Origin: Octopus vulgaris
Lineage: Eukaryota
Reading direction: 5' to 3'
Assembly (NCBI GenBank): GCA_951406725.2
Contig: OX597823.1
Location: 49,414,001 to 49,478,000 of the forward strand
DNA: 64,000 nt
Position 1 is the first letter of the stretch, and every line of letters begins with the position of its first letter. A program made the translations under genes and the position numbers. This document shows positions 13,120-26,807 of this stretch, piece by piece. The notes under the pieces are model-generated. The model saw nothing but the letters and a program-made list of their open reading frames with translations. It ran no database searches and was not told the origin of the DNA.

Positions 13120-13454
13120 CAATGGTTTTCAACTGGGGTCCATGTAGCCCCTGATGGTCCATAAAACATTTTTGGGAGTCCGCACAGCAAAATAATAAAT
13201 TGGGGATCCACAATAGTATTTTGAGGGCCCTGAAAAAATTTTGCTTTTGATGTATGTTTTGGCATGTATTGCAAGAAACGGCCAGGGTTCTTTCTCTAAC
13301 ATTTTGCTTAGTTCAACAAGTCAATGAGTGAAAAGCAAAATAAGAAACAAGATTTGAAAGACTAGTTTTTAAATACTGAATGGGTATGGGTGTCCACCAG
13401 AATAAAATAGTAATCTGAGGAGTCCATAGATAAAAAAATGGTTGAGAGTCCCTG
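13120..13454. mobile_element. hAT (Charlie-like) MITE
   Basis: Ends caatggttttcaac and gttgagagtccctg; 8-bp TSD ctttaaat/ttttaaat (7/8 match). Confidence 0.8.
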
Positions 13455-14165
13455 TTTTAAATCATTGGTCAATGGTGTTGCAGAGAAAAGAACTTAACCA
13501 CCTCTGCTATGCCTGGGCTGTTTCCAGAACCAACTGCCTAGACCCCAAGAACACTTACTATCTCTTCGCTTTTAGTTACCCCACCAGGGAAAAGCAAATC
13601 AGTACATTCACAGCATCCAAGGAGCCACAGGGCATACCAGATGATGGTAAAATATAACCATAAATATCTGCTTTAGGAACCCACCCATATGATTTTCTGT
13701 AAGGATGTATTTCCTTTGCCCTTTTAAAATACCTTTCACGACAACAGAAATTTATTATAGTGTGCATGGTTTCTTTTATGCAGAACCAGTTCTATGTTGT
13801 CATTTCTCAAAACTTGTATTAGTCTGATGCAACAAGTACCATGAATTCAGTAGTTATCTGGATGCAGAATTTGTATGGAGTTACCTTCTCTTAAATGGGC
13901 AGCTCAAGAGCTGAAGGACTTCATTTGCCACGAGTTCATTGAGGTATCTGTGAGTAACCAGCAACTGGAGACAATTCCACGACATGCTAATTAACCCATA
14001 GCTGAGACCCTGACAGGTGCTACTACCCTTTTTAGAATAGACCTGGGAATAACTGTGGCTAAGAGGTGGTCCCACACTATGCAGCACCCTGGAACTTCTA
14101 AAACAGGGCCCTACTACTAGATGCAGTTTAAAGTCATACATTCATACATTCATACATTCATACAT

Positions 14166-14210
<45 letters not shown>

Positions 14211-14451
14211 CGCACACACACACAAAATGGTCATTCACATTATATCATACTCTGGACCAAATTTTACTCACAGATATTGGTCAAACCAAGCCAACAACAG
14301 AAAACATTAGTCCAAGCTTACAGCACATTAGGATTTAGTCTAGAACCATAAGGCTGCAAAGAGAGCTTCCTTATCACATAATTATTTTTTTTCTTACTCA
14401 TTTCAGTCATAGGACTGCACCCATGCTGGAGCACCACATTGAAGGGTTTAA

Positions 14452-14671
14452 CCCTTTTGTTACCAACCCGGCTGAAATCAGCTCTGGCTCTGAATACAAA
14501 TATCTCGTTATCATAAGTTTTGAATTAAAATCTTCCACCAAACCTTAGTCACAATTTGTGTTCCTAACACTAGCTTAATGATAACTAAGTTATTTTACTA
14601 AATTCTTTGTTATATTTAAAGTAATTGAAAGAAATACAGAGCATCTCAAAATAAATACAGTAATGAAAGGG
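14452..14671 (-). mobile_element. piggyBac-type MITE family 1, inserted in a family A SINE (about 14390-14830)
   Basis: TTAA TSD and CCCTTT..AAAGGG ends. SINE sequence is continuous across it (..ttgaagggt TTAA tcaaataaatcgacc..). Confidence 0.9.
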
Positions 14672-14859
14672 TTAATCAAATAAATCGACCACAGTATTTA
14701 TTTACATTTTTAAATCTGGTATTTATTCTATTGACCACTTTTGCCACACCCGTAAGTTACTGGGACATAAACAAACTAATACCAATTGTCAAGCAATGGA
14801 GGGAGACAAGAACAAACACAAAGACACATAGTTTTCTATTAAAGCTAGTTACCTTCTTT

Positions 14860-15660
14860 TGGTGATTCTTATCTCCACATGATACAGTCATGATGATTCC
14901 ATTATTATCACTAACTGGAGTCAAACTGAAATCGTTAATCATCTCAAATTGCTGAATGTGTCTGACCCAACCTGCAAGCATCATCTGCTGAAATTGCATG
15001 TTTTCTAATATCTTAGACTGATGAGAAGGATTTAACTGTCCATCAATCAGTTGCATTTGTATAAGGTCATCTGGTCATCCTCTCCAGACTGTTTTCCTGT
15101 TCCCAGCTTGTCAAATTCACAGAAACAGACAGCTTCTCTATATCTTTCTTAATGCTTTTGAATAGATTCTGATGGTATTTGCCTTAAAGCTAAAAAAACC
15201 ATGTTCCTGCAGCCATAATCAACTTCTTTGGCCTCGTCAATGATATTATTGTTTCCTTTATATCTTCACATTTCATTTCTTCCAACACTTTAGGATATAC
15301 CATTATTGAGACTCTTTTAATGTTCTCTACTCCTGCTTCGATATTTACTTGGATTCATCATTGTCCAGCGTCTTTTTTCATTCTTGCAGTAGCTAATAAA
15401 CACCTCAACCAAGCTTCAGTCAAATCTGGACCAGATAAAATCAATTTTCCATATCTTGTTGGCAATGCCATTGTTGTGTCATATTGTATTGTACTAATCA
15501 AAAGATTGCACTGCAGACACGTTTCCATTCTTGAATAGCTTTGATCAGCTTACATACATGCTATTACAACTTGCATAACAATGACTTTGCTGTTGTTATC
15601 CTTTATAATGCTGAACCTGGTCCATCTATTGTTCCTTGTTGTAAGTGACCATCATTACTT
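14860..15660 (-). pseudogene. Highly decayed non-LTR retrotransposon relic (possibly R4-like)
   Basis: Fragments such as TEAWL and LIMAAG/QE resemble the post-RT region of RLE-type elements; weak. Confidence 0.3.
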
Positions 15661-15679
15661 GTTATTATTAGTCAGCATT

Positions 15680-16008
15680 AGACAGCAAGCTGGCAGAATC
15701 ATTAGCATACCAGGCAAAATGCTTAGTGACATTTCATTTCTCTTTACATTCTGAGTTCAAATTCTGCCGAAGTCCACTTTGCCTTTCATCTTTTCGAAGT
15801 TGATAAAATAAATACCAGTTGAGTACTGGGGTCAAAGTAATCAATGTAGGCATAGGAGTGGCTGTGTGGTAAGTAGCTTGCTTATGAACGACATGGTTCC
15901 GAGTTCAGTGCCAAGAGTCTGCTACTATAATCTCGAGCCGACCAAAGCCTTGTGAGTGGATTTGGTAGACAGAAACTGAAAGAAGCCCGTCGTATATATG
16001 TATATATA

Positions 16009-16047
<39 letters not shown>

Positions 16048-16312
16048 TTGTGTGTCTGTGTTTGTCTTCCCAACATCGCTTGACAACTGATGCTGGTGTG
16101 TTTACGTCCCTGTAACTTAGTGGTTCGGCAAAAGAGACCGATAGAATAAGTACTAGACTTACAGAGAATAAGTCCTGGGGTCAATTTGCTCGACTAAAAG
16201 GCGGTGCTCCAGCATGGCCACAGTCAAATGACTGAAACAAGTAAAAGAGTAAAAGAGTAACTATTCTCCTTCCCCAAATTTCAGGCTTTGTGCCTGTAAT
16301 AGAAATGATTAT
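15680..16312 (+). mobile_element. SINE family B interrupted by a full SINE A (15848-16260)
   Basis: B runs to ..ggggtcaaagtaatcaa, then a complete A copy, then the B tail ctattctccttccccaaatttcaggctttgtgcc resumes. Confidence 0.8.
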
Positions 16313-16324
16313 TAGTCAACATTA

Positions 16325-16910
16325 GGCAGTGAGCTGGCAGCATCATTAACATGTCAGGCAAAATGCTTTTAGCGGCATTTCATATGTCTTTACGTTTTGA
16401 GTTCAAATTCTGTCAAGGTCCACTTTGCTTTTCATCCTTTGAAGGTCAATAAGATAAGTGCCAGTTGAACACTGGGGTCAATGTAATCAATTTAGCCCCT
16501 TCCCTGAGATTGCTGGCCTTATGCCAAAAGTTGATATTAATATTAGTCACCAGTACAAGACATTCTGCCGAGGTCCACTTTGCCTTTCATCCTTTTGGGG
16601 TCGATTAAATAAGTACCAGTTATGCACTGGTGTCGATATAATCGACTTAATCCGTTTGTCTGTTTTGTTTGTCCCCTCTGTGTGTAGCACCTTGTGGGCA
16701 GTAAAGAAATAAGAATCGTTAGCATGCCAGGCAAAATGCTTAGCAGCGTTTTATCCATCATTATGCTTTGAGTTCAAATGCCACTGAGGTCAACTTTGCC
16801 TTTCATCCTTTCTGGGTCAATAAAATAAGTACCAGTTGAGCACTGGGGTCACTGTAATTGATTTATCCACTATTCCAAAATTACAGGCCTTGTACCAAAA
16901 TTTGAAACCA
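16325..16910 (+). mobile_element. Three tandem family B SINE copies
   Basis: Three successive ..ctttgc.tttcatccttt..ggtc.at.aa..aagt.ccagtt bodies. Confidence 0.8.
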
Positions 16911-17430
16911 TTATAATTACTGCTGTTGTTACTGTTGTTGTTGTTGTTGTCATTGTCGTCATCATCACCATCATCACTGTGGTGAGGAGGATGATGTAAT
17001 TGATGATAATTATAACATATTTATATTGCCTAAAATTACAAGATCCCCGATTTTCATTTATTTATTTTATTTTCACTTTCCATTGACCTATGCTATATTT
17101 ATGTGCTTATTGGTATATATCACCATGAATTCAGCAACAATTTGGTGTTGGTAAATGTTATGTAAGTATCTCCCAGCAAGGTTGCTCACCTATACAGATT
17201 GAACTTAGAAATTTTAACTATTTAACTTTTTAACTATTCACATACCATAAAGATATCACCTTTAAAAGTAGTTTCAAATGAAAGAATACTTAAACACTGG
17301 AAAAGGTGTGCAAAACTAGGTTAAGAGCAAATGTATTGAATAACTGATGCGTATGCATATATATATGCATAGACATTTACATGAGTGTATCGTTGGTATA
17401 GGTGTAAGGAAATATTTAACCCCTACACAG

Positions 17431-17432
<2 letters not shown>

Positions 17433-17489
<57 letters not shown>

Positions 17490-17559
17490 CATATATATAT
17501 ATATATATATATACACATACATACATATATGTATATGTATATATATAAACATATATATA

Positions 17560-17590
<31 letters not shown>

Positions 17591-17639
17591 GCATATATAT
17601 GTATATACACACACATATATATAAATATACATATATTCA

Positions 17640-17670
<31 letters not shown>

Positions 17671-17738
17671 ATATTTATACACACACATATATATACACAC
17701 ACATATATATACACACACATATATGTATATATACACAT

Positions 17739-17770
<32 letters not shown>

Positions 17771-17995
17771 ACATAGATAGATAGATAGATAGATAGACAG
17801 ACAGATAGATATGTAGATACATGTTTATATATAAAAATGTGCAATCATACATGTCTATGTATATCTATCTATTCATGCCTATATGCACACATAGACACAC
17901 AAATATATATGTGTGTGTGTATGGGTGTATGTTTGGGTGTATGTATACATACATGCATATATACATATACACATACACACATACATACACATATA
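17433..17995. repeat. Compound (TG)/(TA)/(CA)/(GATA) microsatellite
   Basis: Seen directly in the sequence. Confidence 0.95.
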
Positions 17996-18911
17996 GCTGC
18001 GTGCTCACATGCGCACAAATTGTTAATGATTCAGGTGGAGGGGACAGAAATAGTTGACCTAGAAAATGAAAGCAAACGTCTATTTCCCTTCAGTAACGTA
18101 TGGAGTTGTATTGAGGAAAGAAATCCTCCACCACTACCAATGCCACTACCACCACTTTTGTCATCCTCCACAAATTATTCTTAATAGGGTTTAAGATTAT
18201 GAATATGTACTTGCATATGGTTAGGAAAAAAATCTGTGCACGCACACCGGGAAAGTTAACTGAAAATCATGGGGTGTCATCTAAACTAAGAAAGTATTGG
18301 AAATTTGCAAGACAAGCAGAGCTGAACCTATGACAAAACCCTAGTTGACTTGTATCAATAGTGAGGAAATACTTCCCTGTTTACTCCTTATTTGTTAGGA
18401 ACACTCATAAGGGACTCCCACGAGATACACACCATCTTGTGTGGCTCTGTTCGATGACATCGATCCTGGGGGTGAAGGGAGAGATTTGGGTAACAGTAAA
18501 GATATAGAATAATCCTCGAACCTAGTAAGAAATACGTTAGCTACAAAATTAGAATTTGAATTGAAAAAAATTCAGAGGCGTGAGAATCATTGTAGAGAAC
18601 AGTGTCATTTTCATTTGGATTAAGGAAGGTCTTTATCAATATGTATGCAGGTTTCGCTAGACTGGAGATGTATAAAATCAAGCATGCACAATGGGAACAA
18701 AGATTAAAACACATCAATTTGTAACTTACAAGAAAGTACAGACTTGTATATACATATCGTATTATACACACATGCATGCACACTCTCCCTGTTCACATTT
18801 ACAAACATATATACATACATACACACATGCATACAAACACACTCAAATACATCCCCAAATTATTTTCGTGCTAAGATTTTCTTATGACAAGATTTTCAGG
18901 TATTTCTGCAC

Positions 18912-18973
<62 letters not shown>

Positions 18974-19124
18974 ACACACACACACATACGTATTGGTGGA
19001 TATAACACACTTATTCACAAATCAGAAAAATATTTCATGCTTCAACTAAATTGAGTCATTTTGATATTTGTTAAATCATATATGCATGTATGCACACACA
19101 CATACACATGCACATACACACACA

Positions 19125-19169
<45 letters not shown>

Positions 19170-19651
19170 CTGAGTTGCAGTAGTAAAGCAATTGGTGACA
19201 GTTTGTAAGAAATCTGTTCTAGAAACATGAGCTGAGATTTAACTCGGTCCTCTCTTATTACCTTCAAGAATAAGTAAGTGTAATACAGATCTTGAAACCT
19301 TCTTGGATAATTTGCTGGTTAAGGTTACTAAAACAATTTCCTACTTATTGAGCTATTAAACAGCAACGAGACAACATTCTTTGTTTAAGATATTCTTTTC
19401 TAATCATTTACAGATCGCTGCCTGTCTTATTGATTTCACATTTTGGCACAAGGCTAGCAATTTTGAGGAAGGAGACAAGTCAATTACATCAATCCCAGTG
19501 CTTAACTGGTACTAACTTCATTGACCCCGAAAGGATGAAAGGCAAAAATCAACCTCAGTGGAATTTGAATTCAGAATGTACACAAATATCTAGCATGTCT
19601 CTTCAGGTGATAAATAGATATAACTCATTAAGATAACAGTTCTGCAATGTT

Positions 19652-20218
19652 TTGGGTTGTCCGGAAAGTTCATGCCAGTTTATAATAGCTTACCTTTTAA
19701 CTTATTTTAGAACATGGTTGAGTCCATAAAATAGGATTTGACTATACCTCCATTTGGAGCACAGTTTAAGCTATCCTTTCATGGAAGAAGGTTTATGTTC
19801 CTATAACCTGTGCTAATTCTGTAACCCTTTAAAATGGAAGATAAGAAAGTTCATTTTTGGTACTTGATGATTTGGGAACCAGACAAAAATTGCTGCAGCT
19901 CAGATGGTATGTGTTACTCCACCCTCCATATTCACCAGATATTGCTCCTTCAGATTTCCACTTATTCAGGTCTCTGCAGGATAGTCTTAATGGTAAAAAT
20001 TTCAATTCCTTGGATGACGTAAAAAGATACCTTGATGAATTCTTTGCCATGAAACCACCTCAGTTCTGGGAAGAGAGTATTTTGAAGTTAATGGAAAGAT
20101 GGAGATGCATTGTGCAACAAAATGGTTCATATTTGGTTGATTAAAAAATGTAATGGCAAGTATTTATTGACCTTTTTCTTTCCTTTAAAAATCGGCACAA
20201 ACTTTCTGGACAACCCAA
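19652..20218 (+). mobile_element. Mariner internal-deletion element
   Basis: TIRs ttgggttgtccggaaagtt and aactttctggacaacccaa followed by TA. The N-terminus MEDKKVHF is fused to the C-terminus HPPYSPDIAPSDFHLFRSLQ..ERWRCIVQQNGSY (YSPDLAPSD mariner motif). Confidence 0.92.
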
Positions 20219-20503
20219 TATTTTCTCATTTCATGTAAAGAAAAGCAGCAAATCAAAAGATACATCTTCATTTGTATGGAAGATCAATTATGAAATAACA
20301 GATGCAAAAAAGAAATGAATACGCAATACAAGGAGAAAAGTAATAAATTAACCATTAACAGATATGGATGTATAAACACCTTCACACAAGCTGCACAGTG
20401 CATGTACATTTGCTCATGCAAGCATCCATGAAGATGTAAGTATATGCACTTATGTGGTTTGGTGCACACAAGTTCACATAGCAAGTTAAATAGTTACTTG
20501 GTG

Positions 20504-22511
20504 CAGGGCCAGATCTACCACTATGTGACTGCCTAGGGTTACAACATCTAGGAGATCAACAAAATCTGGCGATGTCTTGGGAGGTACTGACTTAGAAAAG
20601 AGAGAATTTAAGAAATCTATAATTATAAAGTGATAATTTAGTTATTATAATAAAAAAATTCAGTTATCAAATTATCAACAATTAGTAAGTAAAGTTTGAT
20701 AAAGATTTCAGTTACACTTCTGAAATCCAATGTTCCTTCTAAAGCTTCGTCCCATGGCACAGCCCAATCGTTTGAAAATTACTGCTCAGTTTAATTTTAG
20801 GCATTTTTAAATTTAACATATGTGTATATTTTTACAATCGTTGTTAAAATATTCAACAGTATGTGTAATATACTTAACAGTTGTAATAAATTGTATAATG
20901 GCAAATTGACACTACCCCTATATTATATATATTGGTAATGTACCAATGTCTCGCCCCCAAAAAATTTTAATCAGCATTGGTTAGGCATCGGCAAAATTTT
21001 TATGTCATGGTTTTGCTACATGTACACAGCAGTTTTGTTTCTGTGAGAATTTTTTCTTGCGAATTAAATCACGGGAGGAGCCAGGGAGGTTTTTAAAAAG
21101 AAGTTTTTGTCCATGGGCATATTCCATTGGGATTTTTAGCTCCTTTTTCACTTAATTTTAATCATACGATTGATAATTATTTAATAGATGTTTACATTAA
21201 ATTCTTATATGATTTTTACTTCAAGAAACCATTCAAATTCTATTAGAAAGGCCTGTCAAATTTGTCTGAGTAATGTACTCAATTATTTTGAACTTGACTT
21301 AAGCTGTTTTTGTAATCTATTTAATGAAATAGAGTTTTATGTGTGTATTCACTTTTCATGCCAAAACGGCTGTGCAAATTGCCTCCATACTTGGCATGTG
21401 TAAATGATTTCATTCCAGAAAAATAAAAGGGTATTCAATTTATTTTTTTCTTAAAAATTAACATTGCTTTATATATATGATTCACTTCTTTCAAAAGGTT
21501 TTTCAATTTTTCAATATCAACTTCTGCTATGGATGTAGTGATGAAGAATTGTTCATTTGCATTTGCAAACTCTCTCTGTTTCAGAATTCTTTGAACAACT
21601 GATATAAGTAAATTCCATCTTTGGCTTTCTGTATGATATAAAATCTTTGCAATATCAAACTTCTCATCAAGTAATGGAATTTTGCATAAAACTTGAGTCT
21701 GCCCAACAGGTTGGAGAGTCAAAGGATATTGATGCTAAAGATTTATCTAATGAACCAAATGTCATATCAAGAAGTCTTGAAAAATCCTATGTTTCTCTGA
21801 AAGTGCTTGAGCTATTTTGTGAGCGGCAACAAAGAGAAGGCTTTCCAAATGTGTAGATCACTCTCAGAATCCTGCTAACCTTACCAGTAAGTGTTGCAAG
21901 CAGAGAGCGTAGCTTTTCAAAACTTAAATTAATAAAGACATTTGTAAGAACTTCAATGGCCCAAGAGAGACTCACTGGACTAGCTACAATTTCCATAGAA
22001 CATGAAATTTGTAGAAAACTTCCACCTCAAGTGCTTGTAAAAGATTTTGCGAGACAGAAAGCTTGCAAAATTAACTTTTAAGTACCAAGAGTAAAAAACA
22101 ACAGTATTTAAATATTTCAACAACCAATTATAGAAAAACAACACCTTTGAATCAAATCAAATCAAAGAAGGAAAATACAAAGAACGGCTTGGTGAACTAC
22201 TGTTTGTTTACTATATTTGCTTGCATCCAATTAGTAAAATATTAAATTTTCAATACATGTTTATTAGTTCAATACATCATGTTTATTATTATTATATATT
22301 TTTTCATTAATTTTTAAGAAATAAATTTTAAAATTTTAATTTACAAGTGACTTCAAATTGCTCCTATGTTTATTCATATTTCTAAAAACTTTCTTGGTGA
22401 AATCCCCAGCTTGTTGGGCTTGCTTCACTTGCTATCCCCCATCTTGTGGAAGGGGATGGGCATTTAAAATTTGATTCACTTAGAGTGTCAATTACCTTAG
22501 GGCCAGCCCTG
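20504..22511 (+). mobile_element. hAT transposon, non-autonomous (about 2.0 kb), with dimerization-domain relic
   Basis: Ends cagggccag and ccagccctg; 8-bp TSD acttggtg/acttggag. 21841-22080 reads FPNV*ITLRILLTLPVSVASRERSFSKLKLIKTFVRTSMAQERLTGLATISIEHE (hAT C-terminal dimerization domain). Confidence 0.9.
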
Positions 22512-22519
22512 ACTTGGAG

Positions 22520-23060
22520 TTTATAAGAATGGGGAGATTAAAACTAAACTTAATTCATCCATACCTTCAGGTAAATTATGTTAACTGTTACTCAAATTCA
22601 TTCTCACTGCATTGTATGAAAATACATTTATATGCATGTAGGCATCTTAAGAGTCTTTCAGAAATTCTATTAATGATCTTCTCATTGGTCCACAGAATAG
22701 ACAGGGATTCCTTGGAGCAGAGTTGGCATCTCCTGGAAATGATATCGTATGGTCTTGCATGCCTTACTATGGACCAAGTTATATTATACTTAATTTTACC
22801 TTCCTTCAGTCACCACACAAAATCAGCCAAAGATGTTGAATGTTACATCTATTTATCACCCAAAGAGACATGTCTGCACCAACTGATGCTCCTGAATCTG
22901 TTGTTGAGTAACCCAGCCATAATGGATCAATACTAGATGTGTCAAAACAATTGTCCTGATTTATAAAAATTCTCGTATCTTCCATCTTCCGCCTTTCATT
23001 TTCCATATACTTAATGGACTCTGTGAAAGTGACCATACTTTACCAGTAAGGTACCCGGTA
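22520..23060 (-). pseudogene. Penelope-like element (Neptune-type) GIY-YIG endonuclease relic
   Basis: A minus frame reads HSTSLADFVW*LKEGKIKYNITWSIVRHARPYDIISRRCQLCSKESLSILWTNEKIINRISERLLRCLH, matching the W..W.I....Y....CxLC..E...LN.R.E...C.H pattern of PLE endonucleases. Confidence 0.8.
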
Positions 23061-23088
23061 TAAACCATTCATTTTATTATTATTATTA

Positions 23089-23188
<100 letters not shown>

Positions 23189-23189
23189 T

Positions 23190-23240
<51 letters not shown>

Positions 23241-24719
23241 CTTCACTGTCATAATTGTCATCTATTTTTCCATGTTTGCATGGATTGGATGAAGTTTATT
23301 GAAACATATGCCCTTCCTGTCACCAACCCTTACTTATTTCCAAGCAAAGTTATATTTTCCCTCAGAAAATAGAAACACAGGAAGGCAGTGAGCTGAATGT
23401 TAATGGGTTAAACAGCTCAATGATGATGAACCACAGAGTACCTATGTCGTTAATTTATCTGAGAGAAGTAGGGTCCAAATACTGTTCAAGTCACACCCAA
23501 CCATCTTTAAGAAAAAGTATGATATATTATATCCAAGATATATAATGTCAGATTAAATAATGAGAAAACCAAGACTGAAATATCTTTGATCAAAGGTTTA
23601 TTCAATCAGGGATGACCTGGATATGTAACTAACAATAATAATCACTATCTAATTCCTCACATTTTGTCTCTAACTATTATTTATTCTATTAACATATCAG
23701 GATGTAATATGAACATTGTAATACAGCTAATTATAACTGTCATGGTCTGCTGGATTTCCTCTATTACTATTTTAGGTTATGTAAACAAGATTTCGACATC
23801 ATATTTACACTTGCAGCTAGGATTCAATAATATAATATAACAGCGATTATATGTTCTTCACCTGTTCAACACTTGTCTAATTTACTTAACTTTTTTTTCT
23901 CTCTCTTACGAAACTTAATTAACAGACAACTTTTCAATTCATACACCTAATTGTTCTAACACCAGTTGCTAATATGTCTGCTTACATTTGACTGCAGAAT
24001 TTTTATTGCTTTATGGAATGTTAAGTTAATTCTAAAACATTTTTAACCACATTAATTATATTAAAATATTTTTAAACACATTAATTACACATTGTGAATC
24101 ATAAAAACTTTTTAACAACATTTTTTAAAAACAAATAACTGTCTTGTAATGACTTTGACAAATAATTATTTTGTCTCCAGTGAAACCTCTCTGTTAATAC
24201 AAAATATTTTTTCACATGTATTAAATGCAGATCATAAAAAAAAATATAAGCAGTCATATCAGTAAATAAATCTAACATTTTTCAAAAAGGCTAAACTTAG
24301 TGAACCTTTTCCAACATTTTTTACCCTAGAAGTTTCACATTTTAAGAGAAGTGTAAAAGAATGGTATAACCATAGTTTGGAGCTTCATTACTGATTTGTC
24401 TCCTCATAACTTTCTTAATAATATAAATTTTTTGCAAAGATAGAGTTTTCAAAGGTGTAGATGATAATTATGTTCAAATTAAAAGGCAAGAAATTAAAAG
24501 GATTTTTTTTCTTATTGAGAAAGAAAACAAGCCCCTAAACCTTTAAATATTTTGATAGCTTGCTTATGATCATTGTACCATATAAAAAATGGATAATGTC
24601 ATCTTGATTGATATTACTCCTTAGTAATTTGAAAATAGAATGCACAATAAATAAATCAAAAGTACAAGAAATCCTTGTGTTTACAGAAATAATGTGTTCA
24701 GGAAAATCTTGCTTGTAAT

Positions 24720-25990
24720 GCAAAATTAATTTTCTCGTTAATTTCCATATTCTAAAGTGAGAATATGCTCCAATGGATTTTTAGAGGAAAAAAAACTGAG
24801 AGCAAAAGGAAGCAACATGACCACTTTTATGCATGAAAATAACAATTATAAATGTATACAGTACAATATGTATACATTAAAACGTTTGAAGAGAAATTCA
24901 TTAAGGAGTAAATAATAATTGTAAAACAGCAGTAGAGTATGCTTCTAACATGAAAGATATTGACCAATGTGTGAGGGGTTATGGTGGAATGAGATTTACT
25001 GGAAGGATGAGGGACAGGATTTTCTATCACCTGAAAGGTGAAGAGCCTATCTAAAATTGTTTGATGTTTATGGTGCATTATTTCTTTGCATAGCTCAGTG
25101 TAGGAACTGAGCTCATTGTAAATACCTCTTGTTATATTTTGTTAAATGCACAAATAGGGCTATTATCAGCAAAAACTTGCAGACCATATTTGAATGCAAA
25201 ATCTTTAATGGTATTTTTTGCAGTCAGTTATATGGAGTCAGTTCTATTTCTGAATTCCCATCTGCATTTTCAATTTGCCCTTGTTCTTATAACATTAGCC
25301 CCTCTTTAAATAAATTTCCTGTATGAAACAGCAATTCAAACACACCATATTCTATGACTTCTTCAAACCTTTCATCACTTGTAAATGTCACTATGTCTTT
25401 CTAAATTTGATGTAGACCTCTTGTTTGTTGAAAACTTGTAAAATCACGGATACAGTTTGATTATACATTTTTCCAAATACCATTCAAGGTTGAGGGTTAC
25501 ACTTTGTCTCATGACTCAACTCTGCTATCCACAATATCCATTATGTTGAACTTCTTCCAGAAGTTTCTAACTCTAGGTTTATTCTCCCTGTCACAATCCA
25601 TTGGCTGGAGCAAAGATGTTGTATTCTTGGGAATATATTTCATTCTCACCTTAACAAAAAGCACTTTTAAGTTCACTGGGAGTTTGGGACATTGTCTAAA
25701 AGGAGCAATGCTTTGTTCAAAATATTACATCTGGTACTGTATCTTTTGGGAGCAGACACAGTATATGTAAACAATTCTTCATAAGCCTCTTCATCACCTA
25801 TGCCTTCTTATTTGAATATCAAATCAGAAGTAAATTTGAGTGTAACTCTTGAAAATCCTTTGATCTTCAGAGTAATGCATGAGTTGGAGTTTTAATTTCA
25901 TATCAACACCAGTATTTCAACATTTCTTCTCAGAAGAAGAGTCATCTGATTTTTAGAAGTTTTAAATCCTGGTATTGATGCTTAATTTCA
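24720..25990 (-). pseudogene. Tigger/pogo-like transposase relic (DDE_1 C-terminal half)
   Basis: Fragments NKALLLLDNVP, YIPKNTTSLLQPMD, FWKKFNIMD..STLNGIWKN and QTILDRLF. Confidence 0.8.
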
Positions 25991-26409
25991 AGACATAAAA
26001 GTTTTCACAGCATGCAAATATGTGCAGTTTCATCAATAGTATTGCTGTGTGAGCGTATGATGCCCCCTTGTGAGAATGGATGGGACCACTACATATAAGT
26101 AGTAGTGGTCTGAATAAGTGAGGTAGTTTGTGCTAGTTCCACAGTTCGTAGGTTGATAGGTCAAACTTTACAGTTCAAGTTAGAGTATTGGATTGTTGGC
26201 TCTTAAAAGAGTGTTGTTACGTTTCATGTGGTTACTGCTGCTTGTTTCTATTATATTGTTATTACACTGTTGCAGCATATTTGTTTATCCATAAGGATAT
26301 AACAATTATATACTTACTCTGATATGTAACCCCACTTCCATAATTTTTTTGCAGTTGCTCAGCATAGTAGTCTGTACATTGGCTCTGACAGCTTCACCAG
26401 TAATTTTTA

Positions 26410-26790
26410 TGCTGTGCAAATTCAAGTGCTTTTTAAACTATTTCTCCAGCATTAGCTATTTTACCATTGTTCAGGTCTAATGACATTTCATGTTTGTTTC
26501 TGTTCAGTTTCCTTGTATGTCTCCACTGTCCTGTTTTTGTTCCCAACTTTGACCCTCCATAAATCTCCAATTTTATTTTGGTACTTATGGGAGCAACTGT
26601 CTTCGAAGACTCATACTGTCGTTCAATGCTCGAAATGAGGAGTAGATAGACAGTCAACAACTGATGAAGGGTCGTTCTTTATGTTACTTGTCCAGTTTTC
26701 CATTTGTTTCTCTCGTTGTTTGTGTATTGAACTTATTTGTTTTAGTATTTCATCTTGTTTACTGTTGGTGACATCCTGTACCCATATATT
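26410..26790 (+). mobile_element. Unclassified T-rich repeat, possibly a Penelope-like terminal repeat
   Basis: caactgatgaaggg followed by a T-rich tail ending in (TA)n; same layout as 56340-56640. Confidence 0.3.
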
Positions 26791-26807
26791 GATATGTATA
26801 TATATAT

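Noticed and set aside
15848-15920. tRNA genes at SINE heads
   Set aside because: Only A/B-box-like remnants fused to SINE bodies; no complete cloverleaf.
19857-20144. SETMAR-like host gene or active mariner transposase
   Set aside because: Internal deletion fuses the N- and C-termini within TIRs; there is no SET domain and the catalytic core is missing.
21647-22080. ZMYM1/ZBED-like domesticated gene exon
   Set aside because: In-frame stop, and enclosed by hAT TIRs with a TSD.
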